A stretch of DNA of 63,319 nucleotides, counting the filler. It is 5 parts of 5 records of this genome, joined end to end, with 100 filler letters (N's around TTAATTAATTAA, not from the genome) between each part and the next. Parts side by side here need not be neighbours in the genome. Positions count along the whole stretch, not along the records: positions 15,912 to 27,824 come from SRR2962707_3276; positions 27,925 to 44,120 come from SRR2962707_3279; 3 more parts are not named here. One strand, written 5' to 3'. How positions within the stretch are numbered: the first letter of the stretch is position 1; each line of letters opens with the position of its first letter. Of the stretch, positions 20,040 to 28,813 are shown one piece after another. The position numbers were made by a program, and so were the translations under genes. The notes beneath the pieces are model-generated. The model was not told the DNA's origin. It did no database searches and saw only the letters and a list, made by a program, of their open reading frames with translations.

Positions 20040-20909
20040 GTGGCCATGGGGACGATCAGTGATCCCAGAATCGGCATCGCGCTGGGGGGCGGCGCGGCCC
20101 GGGGGCTGGCGCATATTCCCTTCATCGAAGCGATGGATGAGCTCGGCCTCGTCCCGCACCGGATCGCCGGAACATCGATCGGTGCGCTGATCGGCTCGGG
20201 CTGGGCGGCCGGGCTCAAGGGCCGGGAAATCCGTGGGCTGTCCTATGAAATGCTGGGGACGATGAACGGGCTGTTCGGGCGCCTGCTGTCCACGCAGGTC
20301 CGGTCGATGGCCAAGATTTTCCGCGAGGGTATATCGATCCAGCTCGACCCGGTTCAGGTGGTCGATACGTTCACCCCCGATGATATGCCGGAAACATTTC
20401 AGGGGCTCAAGATACCGTTCACCTGTGTCGCGACCGATTTCAGGTCCTGGCATCAGGTTGCGTTCCATGAAGGCGCCCTCAAGCCGGCCTTGGCAGCGTC
20501 GCTTGCCGTGCCGAGCCTTTACAGGCCCGTCCACTACCACAAGACCGTTCTGGTCGATGGCGGGGTGGTCAATCCCCTGCCGCTCGACCACGCAGCGGCG
20601 GGCGCCGACATTCTTGTCGGCATCGACGTGAATGGCGATCCCCATGCCTGGCCGGACGGCTACATTCCGACGATGCTCGACATCGGGTTCGGATCTGCCC
20701 AGATCATGATGCACCAGCTGATCGCCAATATGATCGCGGCCTATCCGCCCGACCTTTATTTCCGGCCCCACCACGTCAATATCGGCGCGCACGAATATTG
20801 GCGTGTGCGGGAAATCATCAAGGCTGGTGAGGCCGAGAAAGATCGCTTCAAGCGCGAGATCTCGGCGAAGGTCGAAGGGTTTATCGCCGCTCAGCGAAAA
20901 ATTTCCTGA
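20040..20909 (+). CDS. Patatin-like phospholipase
   Basis: LGGGAARG, GTSIG, DGG. Confidence 0.92.
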   Translation: MAMGTISDPRIGIALGGGAARGLAHIPFIEAMDELGLVPHRIAGTSIGALIGSGWAAGLKGREIRGLSYEMLGTMNGLFGRLLSTQVRSMAKIFREGISIQLDPVQVVDTFTPDDMPETFQGLKIPFTCVATDFRSWHQVAFHEGALKPALAASLAVPSLYRPVHYHKTVLVDGGVVNPLPLDHAAAGADILVGIDVNGDPHAWPDGYIPTMLDIGFGSAQIMMHQLIANMIAAYPPDLYFRPHHVNIGAHEYWRVREIIKAGEAEKDRFKREISAKVEGFIAAQRKIS

Positions 20910-21330
20910 GCATTTCGGCAGCCCGGCTGGCAGCGACGCCTCCGATCACTTCGGGCACATGGTGGCACGTGGGCTGGTCGAAAAACCGGACGCCGTTATC
21001 GACCGCTCCACCCTTTGGATCTTCCGCGGCGTAATAGAGCCGCCGCAGTTTGACGTGGGCAATGGCACCGGCACACATGGTGCAGGGTTCGAGCGTCACA
21101 TAGAGATCGCAATCGGCCAGACGGCCCGTACCGTCGGCCGCGAGTGCGGCGCGGATTGCGTTGAATTCGGCATGGGCCGTCGGATCGCCGCTCTCGCGCA
21201 TGGTATTGCGGCCCGTGGCCAGCACCTTGCCGCCCCGCATGATAACGGCGCCGACGGGCACTTCGCCGGCCTCGGCGGCCTCGGCGGCAAGCGTGAAAGC
21301 GATTTCCATGGGATTGTCGGACGTGGTCAT
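20881..21330 (-). CDS. tadA: tRNA adenosine deaminase
   Basis: GEVPVGA, HAE, TLEPCTMC. Confidence 0.93.
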   Translation of the reverse strand: MTTSDNPMEIAFTLAAEAAEAGEVPVGAVIMRGGKVLATGRNTMRESGDPTAHAEFNAIRAALAADGTGRLADCDLYVTLEPCTMCAGAIAHVKLRRLYYAAEDPKGGAVDNGVRFFDQPTCHHVPEVIGGVAASRAAEMLRKFFAERR

Positions 21331-21403
21331 GGTCTGGCGCTCATATCAGCTTTGGCGGGACGTGTCCGCCCCGTTAGAATGGGGCAAAGGAGAATCAGCA
21401 CCA

Positions 21404-23224
21404 ATGGCCATCCGGCAGCTTCCAGACGATCTGGTCAACAAGATTGCCGCCGGCGAGGTCGTCGAGCGGCCGGCCAGCGTCGTCAAGGAACTGGTCGAAA
21501 ATGCACTCGATGCTGGAGCAAGGCGCGTCGCGATCACCACGGCGGCGGGCGGAAAGAGCCTGATCCGCATCGAGGATGACGGACATGGCATGGACGAGGC
21601 CGACCTGGTGCTGTCGGTCGAACGGCACGCGACCTCCAAGCTCAAGGATGACGGGCTCGACGACATTCGGACACTGGGGTTTCGCGGGGAAGCGCTGGCT
21701 TCTATCGGCTCGGTGTCCGATCTTTCGATCGCTTCACGTACGCAGGATGCCGAGACCGGGCTGAAAATCTCGCTCAAACGCGGTGTCAAATCCGGTCCGG
21801 TGCCGCATCCGATCAATCGCGGCACGGTTGTGGAGGTCAAGAACCTCTTTGCCGATATCCCGGCCCGGCTCAAGTTCCTCAAAACCGACCGGGCTGAAAC
21901 CGGGGCAATAACCGATGTGATCAAGCGCCTGGCCATGGCGCATCGCGGGGTGCATTTCGTTTTGTCGGGCACGGACCGGCAGCCGATCAACTGGCCCGCC
22001 CAGACTGGCGAGAATGCGGTTCACGCCCGGCTGGCGCAGATCATCGGGGCGGATTTTCCCGAGAACGCCCAGCAGATTGGATTTTCGCGCGGCGGCATCG
22101 TTGTCGGCGGGCTGGCGGGACTGCCGACCTATTCCCGCGCCAATACACTCAACCAGTTCTATTTCGTCAACGGTCGTTCGGTGCGTGACAAGGTCCTGCT
22201 CGGCGCGGTGCGGGCCGCTTATGCCGATTTTCTGCATCGTGACCGGTTCCCGGTCATTGCGCTTTTCGTTGCCATCGATCCGGGCGAAGTCGATGTCAAC
22301 GTGCACCCCACAAAGGCCGAATTGCGCTTTCGCGATCAGGGCGCGGTGCGCGGCGCCGTTATCCGGGCTATTGGCAACGCGCTGGCAGCCGCGGGCTTTC
22401 GTGCGTCGTCAAGTGTGGCGGAATCGGCGTTGGCCAGCTTTCGGGCGCCCATGCCGCAGGGTGGGGCCGAACAGACAAGCAGCTTTGCCGAACCGGCCGG
22501 CGCGTCGACGGGCTACAGAGCGCCGTCACCCTTGCTGGGCCAGCAGAATACCTTTTCACCGGGCTTGGCCGCCGAAATCCGCAAGTTCGATGCTCCCAGC
22601 GCCCGGCATGAGCCGGTAGAGGCGCCTTCAGCCGAGCAGCAGGACTTTCCGCTCGGCGTGGCGCGGGCACAGGTGTTCGAGAATTACATCGTTGCCCAGA
22701 ATGGCGACGCGCTGGTGCTGATCGATCAACACGCGGCGCATGAACGTCTGGTCTATGAACGTTTCCGCACCCAGCTGCGCAGCGGGCCGGTTGCTAGCCA
22801 GCGGCAGCTGATCCCCGTGGTTATCGACCTTCCAGAAGAAGATTGCGGGCGCCTCGAAGACGCTGCGCCGATGCTCGAAAAGCTCGGGCTTTATCTCGAA
22901 CGTTTCGGCCCGGGAGCAGTAGCAATCAACGAAACCCCTGCCCTCTTGGGGCAAGCCGACATCGAGGGGCTGGTCCGCGACCTCGCGGATGGACTGGCGG
23001 AATGGGACAATGTGGCGGTGCTCGAGGAGCGCATGGACGCGATCATCGCTCGTATGGCCTGTCATGGATCGGTTCGCTCGGGACGGCGTTTACGGGCTGA
23101 CGAGATGAATGCGTTGCTGCGGGAAATGGAGGCCACGCCCCATTCGGGCCAGTGCATTCACGGCCGCCCAACCTATATCGAACTCAAAAAGGGCGATCTG
23201 GAGCGCCTGTTCGGGCGGCGATAG
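21404..23224 (+). CDS. mutL: DNA mismatch repair protein MutL
   Basis: IAAGEVVERP, GFRGEAL, DQHAAHER, C.HGRP; true start is MAIRQL at 21404. Confidence 0.97.
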   Translation: MAIRQLPDDLVNKIAAGEVVERPASVVKELVENALDAGARRVAITTAAGGKSLIRIEDDGHGMDEADLVLSVERHATSKLKDDGLDDIRTLGFRGEALASIGSVSDLSIASRTQDAETGLKISLKRGVKSGPVPHPINRGTVVEVKNLFADIPARLKFLKTDRAETGAITDVIKRLAMAHRGVHFVLSGTDRQPINWPAQTGENAVHARLAQIIGADFPENAQQIGFSRGGIVVGGLAGLPTYSRANTLNQFYFVNGRSVRDKVLLGAVRAAYADFLHRDRFPVIALFVAIDPGEVDVNVHPTKAELRFRDQGAVRGAVIRAIGNALAAAGFRASSSVAESALASFRAPMPQGGAEQTSSFAEPAGASTGYRAPSPLLGQQNTFSPGLAAEIRKFDAPSARHEPVEAPSAEQQDFPLGVARAQVFENYIVAQNGDALVLIDQHAAHERLVYERFRTQLRSGPVASQRQLIPVVIDLPEEDCGRLEDAAPMLEKLGLYLERFGPGAVAINETPALLGQADIEGLVRDLADGLAEWDNVAVLEERMDAIIARMACHGSVRSGRRLRADEMNALLREMEATPHSGQCIHGRPTYIELKKGDLERLFGRR

Positions 23225-23251
23225 AAGGCAGCCGCCCGCTGTGGGCGAGTA

Positions 23252-23806
23252 TCAAATCACCTCAAGAAAGGTGATTGCCGTTTCGGCATATTCGCGGCGG
23301 TCGATGATTGTTGTGCCAGATGGGGCCTCGATCACGACGTCCTTGCGTTCTTCCAGGACGATCAGAGCGTCGGATGCAATCCAACCGCCCGCGAGCGCGC
23401 TGGCGATGGCTTTTTCACCGAGGTTCTTGCCGTACGGGGGGTCGACGAAAACAAGGTCCGAAGGTTTGATCCGTTCGACCGGACCAAGATCGGTCGCGTC
23501 GCGTTTGAGCAGCTTGGTCTGGCCGCCAACGCCAAAAAGCTCGATATGGCCGCGAATCAGGCCACGCGCCTCGATGCCGGTATCGATGAACACGCAATGG
23601 GCGGCGCCGCGCGACAGCGCTTCAAAGCCCAAGGCGCCCGTTCCGGCAAACAGATCGAGCACATAGCGCCCGTCGAGATGGGGACCGATACGGCTTCCGA
23701 TTATCGAAAACACGGCCTCGCGCACGCGGTCCGAAGTGGGACGAATATCGTCCGACTTCGGTGCTTCGAGTTGTTTGCCGCGGAATTTTCCGGCGACGAT
23801 GCGCAT
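23252..23806 (-). CDS. rsmD: 16S rRNA m2G966 methyltransferase
   Basis: MRIVAGKFRG, RPTSDRVRE, DLFAGTGALG.EALSRGA, DPPY. Confidence 0.95.
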   Translation of the reverse strand: MRIVAGKFRGKQLEAPKSDDIRPTSDRVREAVFSIIGSRIGPHLDGRYVLDLFAGTGALGFEALSRGAAHCVFIDTGIEARGLIRGHIELFGVGGQTKLLKRDATDLGPVERIKPSDLVFVDPPYGKNLGEKAIASALAGGWIASDALIVLEERKDVVIEAPSGTTIIDRREYAETAITFLEVI

Positions 23807-23810
23807 CTAG

Positions 23811-25451
23811 CTATTTATCCTCGTCCGGGCGCGGCCGGCGGGGGCGATCGGGCCGATTGCCGGTCGATGGCTTTGCGTCTCGACGCGGTGGGCGTCCCGC
23901 GGCCGGCCGGTCGTTTGCATTCTCGCGGCGCGGTCCCTTGGTGAAGGGTTTTCCGCCAGGACGGGTCTGGCCACCGGGGCCTTTAGCGAACGAGCGGTCG
24001 GGGCCGGCCCCTTCGCGTCGCGGACCTTTGGAGAAGGGCCGGTCGCCGCCGGTTCCCTCGCGTCGCGGGCCTTTTGCAAAGGGACGATCACCGCCACCAC
24101 TTTCCCGACGGGGTCCCTTGGTGAATGGGCGATCACCACCAGCCCCTTCACGACGCGGCCCTTTGGTAAACGGGCGATCACCACCCGCGCCATCGCGACG
24201 CGGACCGTTTGAGAATGGACGGTCGCCGCCACCCTCTCTACGGGGGCCTTTGGCAAAGGGGCGGTCGCCACCAGCGGATTCGCGGCGCGGCGGACGATCG
24301 CCGTCCTTGCGGAATGGGCGATCTGAACCGCCGCCAGCATCGCGCGGGCCCTTGCCGAACGACTTACCGCCCGACCGTTGCGGACGATCACCAAAGGATC
24401 TTTCGCCCTTGTCGAACTTTTTCCCACCTGCATCGTCGCGTCGTGGCCTGTCGCCGAAGCCACCGTCATCGCGCTTGCCCTTGCGATCTCCGCCGGACGG
24501 CACAAAGCTCTGGGACGGACGCCCGTCGTCAAAATGGACGGTGCGCGGTGCCTCTTCGCGCCGCTCGGGGCGCTTGAAATCGGGCCGCTTGCGCAGGCCA
24601 CCGAAGCGGTCGCGCTCGGTGGGCTGGCTCTCGCGCTGCGGCGAGCGGCGGCGTGGCTGGTTGGGCTCTTCATTGATCGGAGAATCGAAATCGGCACCGG
24701 CGCTATCGGCCAGACGCGAGCCGAGCTGATCCTTGAGAATGCGGGTCTTGACCTTTTCGACCGAGCCGGTGGGCAAATCGCCAAGCTGGAACGGGCCATA
24801 GGAAAGGCGAATCAGACGGTTCACTTCAAGACCGAGCGCGCCGAGCACGTTGCGAACCTCGCGGTTCTTGCCTTCGCGCAGGCTCATGGTGAGCCAGACA
24901 TTGGAGCCAGTGGTGCTGTCGAGCGCGGCTTCTATAGGTCCGTAGTCGACACCTTCGACCGAAATACCCTTGGCGAGCGTATCGAGTTGTTCCTGGGTGA
25001 CCGAACCAAAGGCGCGGACGCGATAGCGCCGTACCCAACCGGTTGCCGGCAATTCCAGCGTGCGCTTGAGCCCGCCGTCATTGGTCAGCAACAACAGACC
25101 CTCAGTGTTGTAATCGAGACGACCGACGGTCAGGACCCGCGGGAGGCCCAGCTTTTCGAACTCCGAAAACACTGTGGCGCGGCCCTCGGGATCCTTTTCT
25201 GTGACCATGAGGCCAGCGGGCTTGTGATACAGCCAGAGCTGGGTCGCCTGCTTGCGGGCCAGGGGCTTGCCATCGACCGCGATCGTGTCGCTTTCGACGA
25301 CGTTAAAAGCGGGGGTCTTGACCGGGCTGCCATTGACGGCGATGCGGCCGGCAGTGATCCAGGCCTCGGCATCGCGGCGCGAGCAGACACCCGCGCGGGC
25401 GATGACCTTAGCGAGGCGCTCGCCGGCGGGGGGTGGGGCTTTATCGCTCAT
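23811..25451 (-). CDS. rluB: RluB/RsuA-family pseudouridine synthase with long repetitive C-terminal tail
   Basis: S4 domain, GRLDYNTEGLLLLTNDG, EGKNRE. Confidence 0.9.
   Translation of the reverse strand: MSDKAPPPAGERLAKVIARAGVCSRRDAEAWITAGRIAVNGSPVKTPAFNVVESDTIAVDGKPLARKQATQLWLYHKPAGLMVTEKDPEGRATVFSEFEKLGLPRVLTVGRLDYNTEGLLLLTNDGGLKRTLELPATGWVRRYRVRAFGSVTQEQLDTLAKGISVEGVDYGPIEAALDSTTGSNVWLTMSLREGKNREVRNVLGALGLEVNRLIRLSYGPFQLGDLPTGSVEKVKTRILKDQLGSRLADSAGADFDSPINEEPNQPRRRSPQRESQPTERDRFGGLRKRPDFKRPERREEAPRTVHFDDGRPSQSFVPSGGDRKGKRDDGGFGDRPRRDDAGGKKFDKGERSFGDRPQRSGGKSFGKGPRDAGGGSDRPFRKDGDRPPRRESAGGDRPFAKGPRREGGGDRPFSNGPRRDGAGGDRPFTKGPRREGAGGDRPFTKGPRRESGGGDRPFAKGPRREGTGGDRPFSKGPRREGAGPDRSFAKGPGGQTRPGGKPFTKGPRRENANDRPAAGRPPRRDAKPSTGNRPDRPRRPRPDEDK
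23920..24275 (-). repeat. Intragenic tandem repeat encoding about 6-8 copies of GGDRPFxKGPRREG
   Basis: 42-45-nt units visible in DNA and protein; boundaries approximate. Confidence 0.85.
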
Positions 25452-25538
25452 TGGAGCGTCTTCTTTCAATCTGGAGCTATCAAAGCAAAGCGAGGCCAAC
25501 GGCCCCGCCTTGAGCATTTTTTGGTACTGCGCGCGAAA

Positions 25539-26147
25539 TCAACGCGAGGCTGCGGCGCGGACATCAGGCGGACAACGGGGGTCGGACAGGCTGACAAGGT
25601 CGCCATTGGCTGCCTGGCACACGGTCTGCTGGCCTGCCACCGTCTGGAAATACTGCTCGGGCGGCAGATATATATTGCGCTCGGTCTGGCCCTGCGCATT
25701 GCGGTAAGCGGCCATACGTGCAGCAAGCTGGCGGGTTTCGGCTTCCGTCAGCGGACGGCCGGAGGTGGCGCCCGACGAGAGCACGCGACCGGTGCGCAGC
25801 GCTTCAAGATCGGCAGTGGTGAGGCCACTGGAGTCGATGGTCACGGCGCTCGAATCTTCGGGGATGACCGCTGTCGACTGACTGGGAGGCGGTGGCGTTG
25901 CGCCCGATGCCGGAAGAACGAGCGGGCTGCGTTCGCCTGAAACCATCGGCTTTTCCTCGCGCGGCACGATACCCACGCCCTGCAGCGTCGAGCGCATCAC
26001 TTCGCGCTCGAAGGTCAGGGGATCGGTGAACGCATTGGTGCCCTCGACCGTCGTGCAGGCCGCAAGGACAGAGGCTGCTACCGCTGCCAGAAATGTCAGA
26101 CGCAGCAGGCGATTAGCCCTGTTCTTACTTGTTACAACCGTACCCAT
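25539..26147 (-). CDS. Hypothetical lipoprotein
   Basis: Lipobox VLAAC after a hydrophobic stretch; start uncertain (26198 is an alternative). Confidence 0.75.
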   Translation of the reverse strand: MGTVVTSKNRANRLLRLTFLAAVAASVLAACTTVEGTNAFTDPLTFEREVMRSTLQGVGIVPREEKPMVSGERSPLVLPASGATPPPPSQSTAVIPEDSSAVTIDSSGLTTADLEALRTGRVLSSGATSGRPLTEAETRQLAARMAAYRNAQGQTERNIYLPPEQYFQTVAGQQTVCQAANGDLVSLSDPRCPPDVRAAASR

Positions 26148-26228
26148 GGACGTCTCGACCACCCTGATGATCCCTGATTTTGTGGGGTTATAGCCCATTG
26201 GTGGGCGTAAGGCCAGAATTTGGCCGAT

Positions 26229-26711
26229 TTACGATTTTGTTTCCGGTTCGGGCCGGGGGCGGAGGACGTCGATGATCAGTACGATGACGCCTACGCTGAT
26301 GGCCATGTCGGCTATGTTGAAGACATAGGGGAAAAAGCTCAGCGAGAAGAAATCGGCGACCGCTCCGTAAACCACCCGATCGATGGCGTTGGAGAGGGCG
26401 CCGCCGATGGCCAGGGCGATGCCGATGCGGGTGAGGAGGGAATCCTCCTTGACCCACCACCACGCTAGGGCAACCATGGCCAACCCCATGATAAGCAACA
26501 GCATTTCCGGCGTGACGCCCGACATCAAACCGTAGGAAATGCCCGTATTCCAGACGAGCACGTAGTCGAAAAACGGGGCGACTTTGATGACTTCGCCGCC
26601 CGTCCAGCCGGCAACATCGATCTGCAGATATTTGTGCAGGCGGTCGAAAATGAGGACGTCCAGACCGAGGAAAAAGCTCCAGAGGATGGACGGTTTCATC
26701 AGGAAATTCAT
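26229..26711 (-). CDS. lspA: Signal peptidase II
   Basis: WNTGISYG, GGALSNAIDR, V.DF, FNIAD; ATGA overlap with the ileS stop. Confidence 0.93.
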   Translation of the reverse strand: MNFLMKPSILWSFFLGLDVLIFDRLHKYLQIDVAGWTGGEVIKVAPFFDYVLVWNTGISYGLMSGVTPEMLLLIMGLAMVALAWWWVKEDSLLTRIGIALAIGGALSNAIDRVVYGAVADFFSLSFFPYVFNIADMAISVGVIVLIIDVLRPRPEPETKS

Positions 26712-27823
26712 ACGCTTAGCCCTGCCGCCACCCGCTCGCGCATGGCCTGGGCATCGCGGGGGGTCAAATCGGGGTATTCGGGGTCCGAACCGACCTCCGG
26801 GGAGACTTTCCACGAGCGGGCGCAGCGGGTGCCCTCAGCTCTTGCGAAGGCCACTTCGACCCCCGGAACTTCGTCCAACTTGAAGAATTGTTGGCTCGAA
26901 AAACTATGGAGTTGAGTGGAAATTGCCGAGACAATGCACAATTCGGCGAGATCGTGAGTCTCGACCGCTTTGGCGAGTTCGGGATCGGTGATGGCGACGA
27001 TGGGCGCCGCCTCAAGCGAGGAGCCGATCACCTTGTTCTTGCGCTCGATTTCGAGCGCTCCGGTGACGACGCGTCGCACTGCACGAATCTTTGCCCATTT
27101 TGCCGCCAAGCCATCGTCGCGCCATTCGGACGGCACCTCGGGGAAGGTGCGCACGTGGACCGACGATGTCTCGCCCGGGTTCCGCTCGAGCCAGATTTCT
27201 TCCATCGTGAAGACAAGGACCGGGGCCAGCCATGCCGTGAGGCATGAATAGAGCTGGTCGAGAACCGTCAAAGCCGCGCGGCGCTTTTCCGAGGAGATCG
27301 GATCGCAATAGAGGGCGTCCTTGCGGACGTCGAAATAGAACGCCGAGAGTTCGAGGTTCATGAAGTTGGCGATGGTGTTGACCACGCGCTTGTAGTCATA
27401 GGCCTTGTAGCCGGCGCGCACTTCGCCATCGAGGACGGCGAGGCGGTGCAGGATGAGCTTTTCGAGCTCGGGCATATCAGCATAGGCCACAGCTTCCTCG
27501 GGCTTGTAATGGGCGAGATTGCCCAGCAGCCAGCGGAAGGAGTTGCGGATCTTTTTGTACATCTCGACCGTATTGGCCAAGATTTCATCGCCGATGCGGT
27601 GATCTTCGGAATAATCGATGGTCGCGGCCCAAAGGCGCAGGATGTCGGCGCCGAACTTCTTGATGATGTCCTGCGGCGCGATGGTGTTGCCTAGCGACTT
27701 GCTCATCTTGAAGCCCTTCTTGTCCATGGTGAAGCCATGGGTAAGGACGGATTCGTAAGGGGCAAAGCCGTTGGTGGCGCAGCTTTCGAGCAGCGACGAA
27801 TGGAACCAGCCGCGATGCTGGTC
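26708..27823 (-). CDS. ileS: Isoleucine-tRNA ligase, 5' partial
   Basis: DQHRGWFHSS, KMSKS, C-terminal RCARSW; ileS-lspA synteny. Confidence 0.97.
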   Translation of the reverse strand, partial: DQHRGWFHSSLLESCATNGFAPYESVLTHGFTMDKKGFKMSKSLGNTIAPQDIIKKFGADILRLWAATIDYSEDHRIGDEILANTVEMYKKIRNSFRWLLGNLAHYKPEEAVAYADMPELEKLILHRLAVLDGEVRAGYKAYDYKRVVNTIANFMNLELSAFYFDVRKDALYCDPISSEKRRAALTVLDQLYSCLTAWLAPVLVFTMEEIWLERNPGETSSVHVRTFPEVPSEWRDDGLAAKWAKIRAVRRVVTGALEIERKNKVIGSSLEAAPIVAITDPELAKAVETHDLAELCIVSAISTQLHSFSSQQFFKLDEVPGVEVAFARAEGTRCARSWKVSPEVGSDPEYPDLTPRDAQAMRERVAAGLSV

Positions 27824-27824
27824 C

Positions 27825-27924
27825 NNNNNNNNNNNNNNNNNNNNNNNNNNNNNNNNNNNNNNNNNNNNTTAATTAATTAANNNNNNNNNNNNNNNNNNNN
27901 NNNNNNNNNNNNNNNNNNNNNNNN
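27825..27924. other. Artificial contig spacer
   Basis: 44 N + TTAATTAATTAA + 44 N. Confidence 0.99.
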
Positions 27925-28079
27925 ACGTTCGCGGATCCATCCGGCAGCGGAAGTGCCAAGATGATGGCATGAGGTTTGGTGGGTGTGGAAGAAAGTGCTG
28001 GTCGATTCAGATAAACCCATGAAAGCATTGAGCGTACAGCAATGAACTGTGCACAGGCGTGGCTGGGCTGCACGGGCCC

Positions 28080-28222
28080 CAATCTCCGCCCTTGCGGGGG
28101 AGATGTCGGCATCGCCGACAGAGGGGGGTGAGTTGCCGGCTTATTCCAATGGAACGGCGTGTGTGGAACCATACCCCCCTCTGTCACCTATCGTGACATC
28201 TCCCCCGCAAGGGGGGAGATTG
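28080..28222. repeat. REP/RIME-like inverted-repeat doublet
   Basis: About 50-bp arms 28080-28129 and 28173-28222 are near-perfect inverted copies, each with internal hairpins (CTCC(G/C)CCCTTGCGGGGGAG; TGTC..GACA). Confidence 0.88.
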
Positions 28223-28239
28223 CAGCACGTGCAAAGCCC

Positions 28240-28659
28240 TCAATCCTCCGCCACCAACAATCCGGCAGAGCCCTTGGCATATTGCGGCAGACCATCGGTA
28301 ATCTCGTAGAAATCGCCCTTGTCAGCACAAAAGATGTGTTTGGTGAGCGCAAGCTCTGTCGGCTGATCAAACGCCCCTGCCAGCACCGAAATATGCTGGT
28401 CCGCCTGATGCTTCCAGAACAGCGCCGAGCCACAGGTGGTGCAAAAGCCGCGTTTGGCGACATCGGAGGCCTGATACCAGGTGATGTTGTCCCCGCCCTC
28501 GATCTCGATGTTCTCGTCAGGCACATTGGTCGCGGCGAAATAGAGCCCGGACTGACGGCGGCATTGCGAGCAATGGCAGGCAACGACCTCGCGCAAGGGG
28601 CCGGTGGTGCGGAAGCTGACGGCACCGCAATTGCAATGGCCGGTGCGGATGTCTGACAT
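28240..28659 (-). CDS. GFA/CENP-V family protein
   Basis: GHCNCG, CHCSQCRR, RGFCTTCGS. Confidence 0.93.
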   Translation of the reverse strand: MSDIRTGHCNCGAVSFRTTGPLREVVACHCSQCRRQSGLYFAATNVPDENIEIEGGDNITWYQASDVAKRGFCTTCGSALFWKHQADQHISVLAGAFDQPTELALTKHIFCADKGDFYEITDGLPQYAKGSAGLLVAED

Positions 28660-28813
28660 GAGGACTCCAACAGGTACGATTCAGGTTGGAGGCGATCAAA
28701 GCACGGGTGGCGCCTGAAATGCCACTGACATTTGCGACATCGGGTTGACAGAGGAATAAGAAGCTTGAAAGGCGGCCCCCATTCGTTACCTATGGACGTA
28801 GGGAGAATGCACT

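Noticed and set aside
21161-21403. 81-aa N-terminal extension of MutL in the ORF track
   Set aside because: It overlaps tadA on the opposite strand. The canonical MutL start MAIRQL with an AGGAG RBS is at 21404.
23761-25940. Long alternative-frame and antisense ORFs (322, 330 and 520 aa) over the pseudouridine synthase
   Set aside because: Shadow ORFs caused by high GC and the repeat tract; no recognisable motifs
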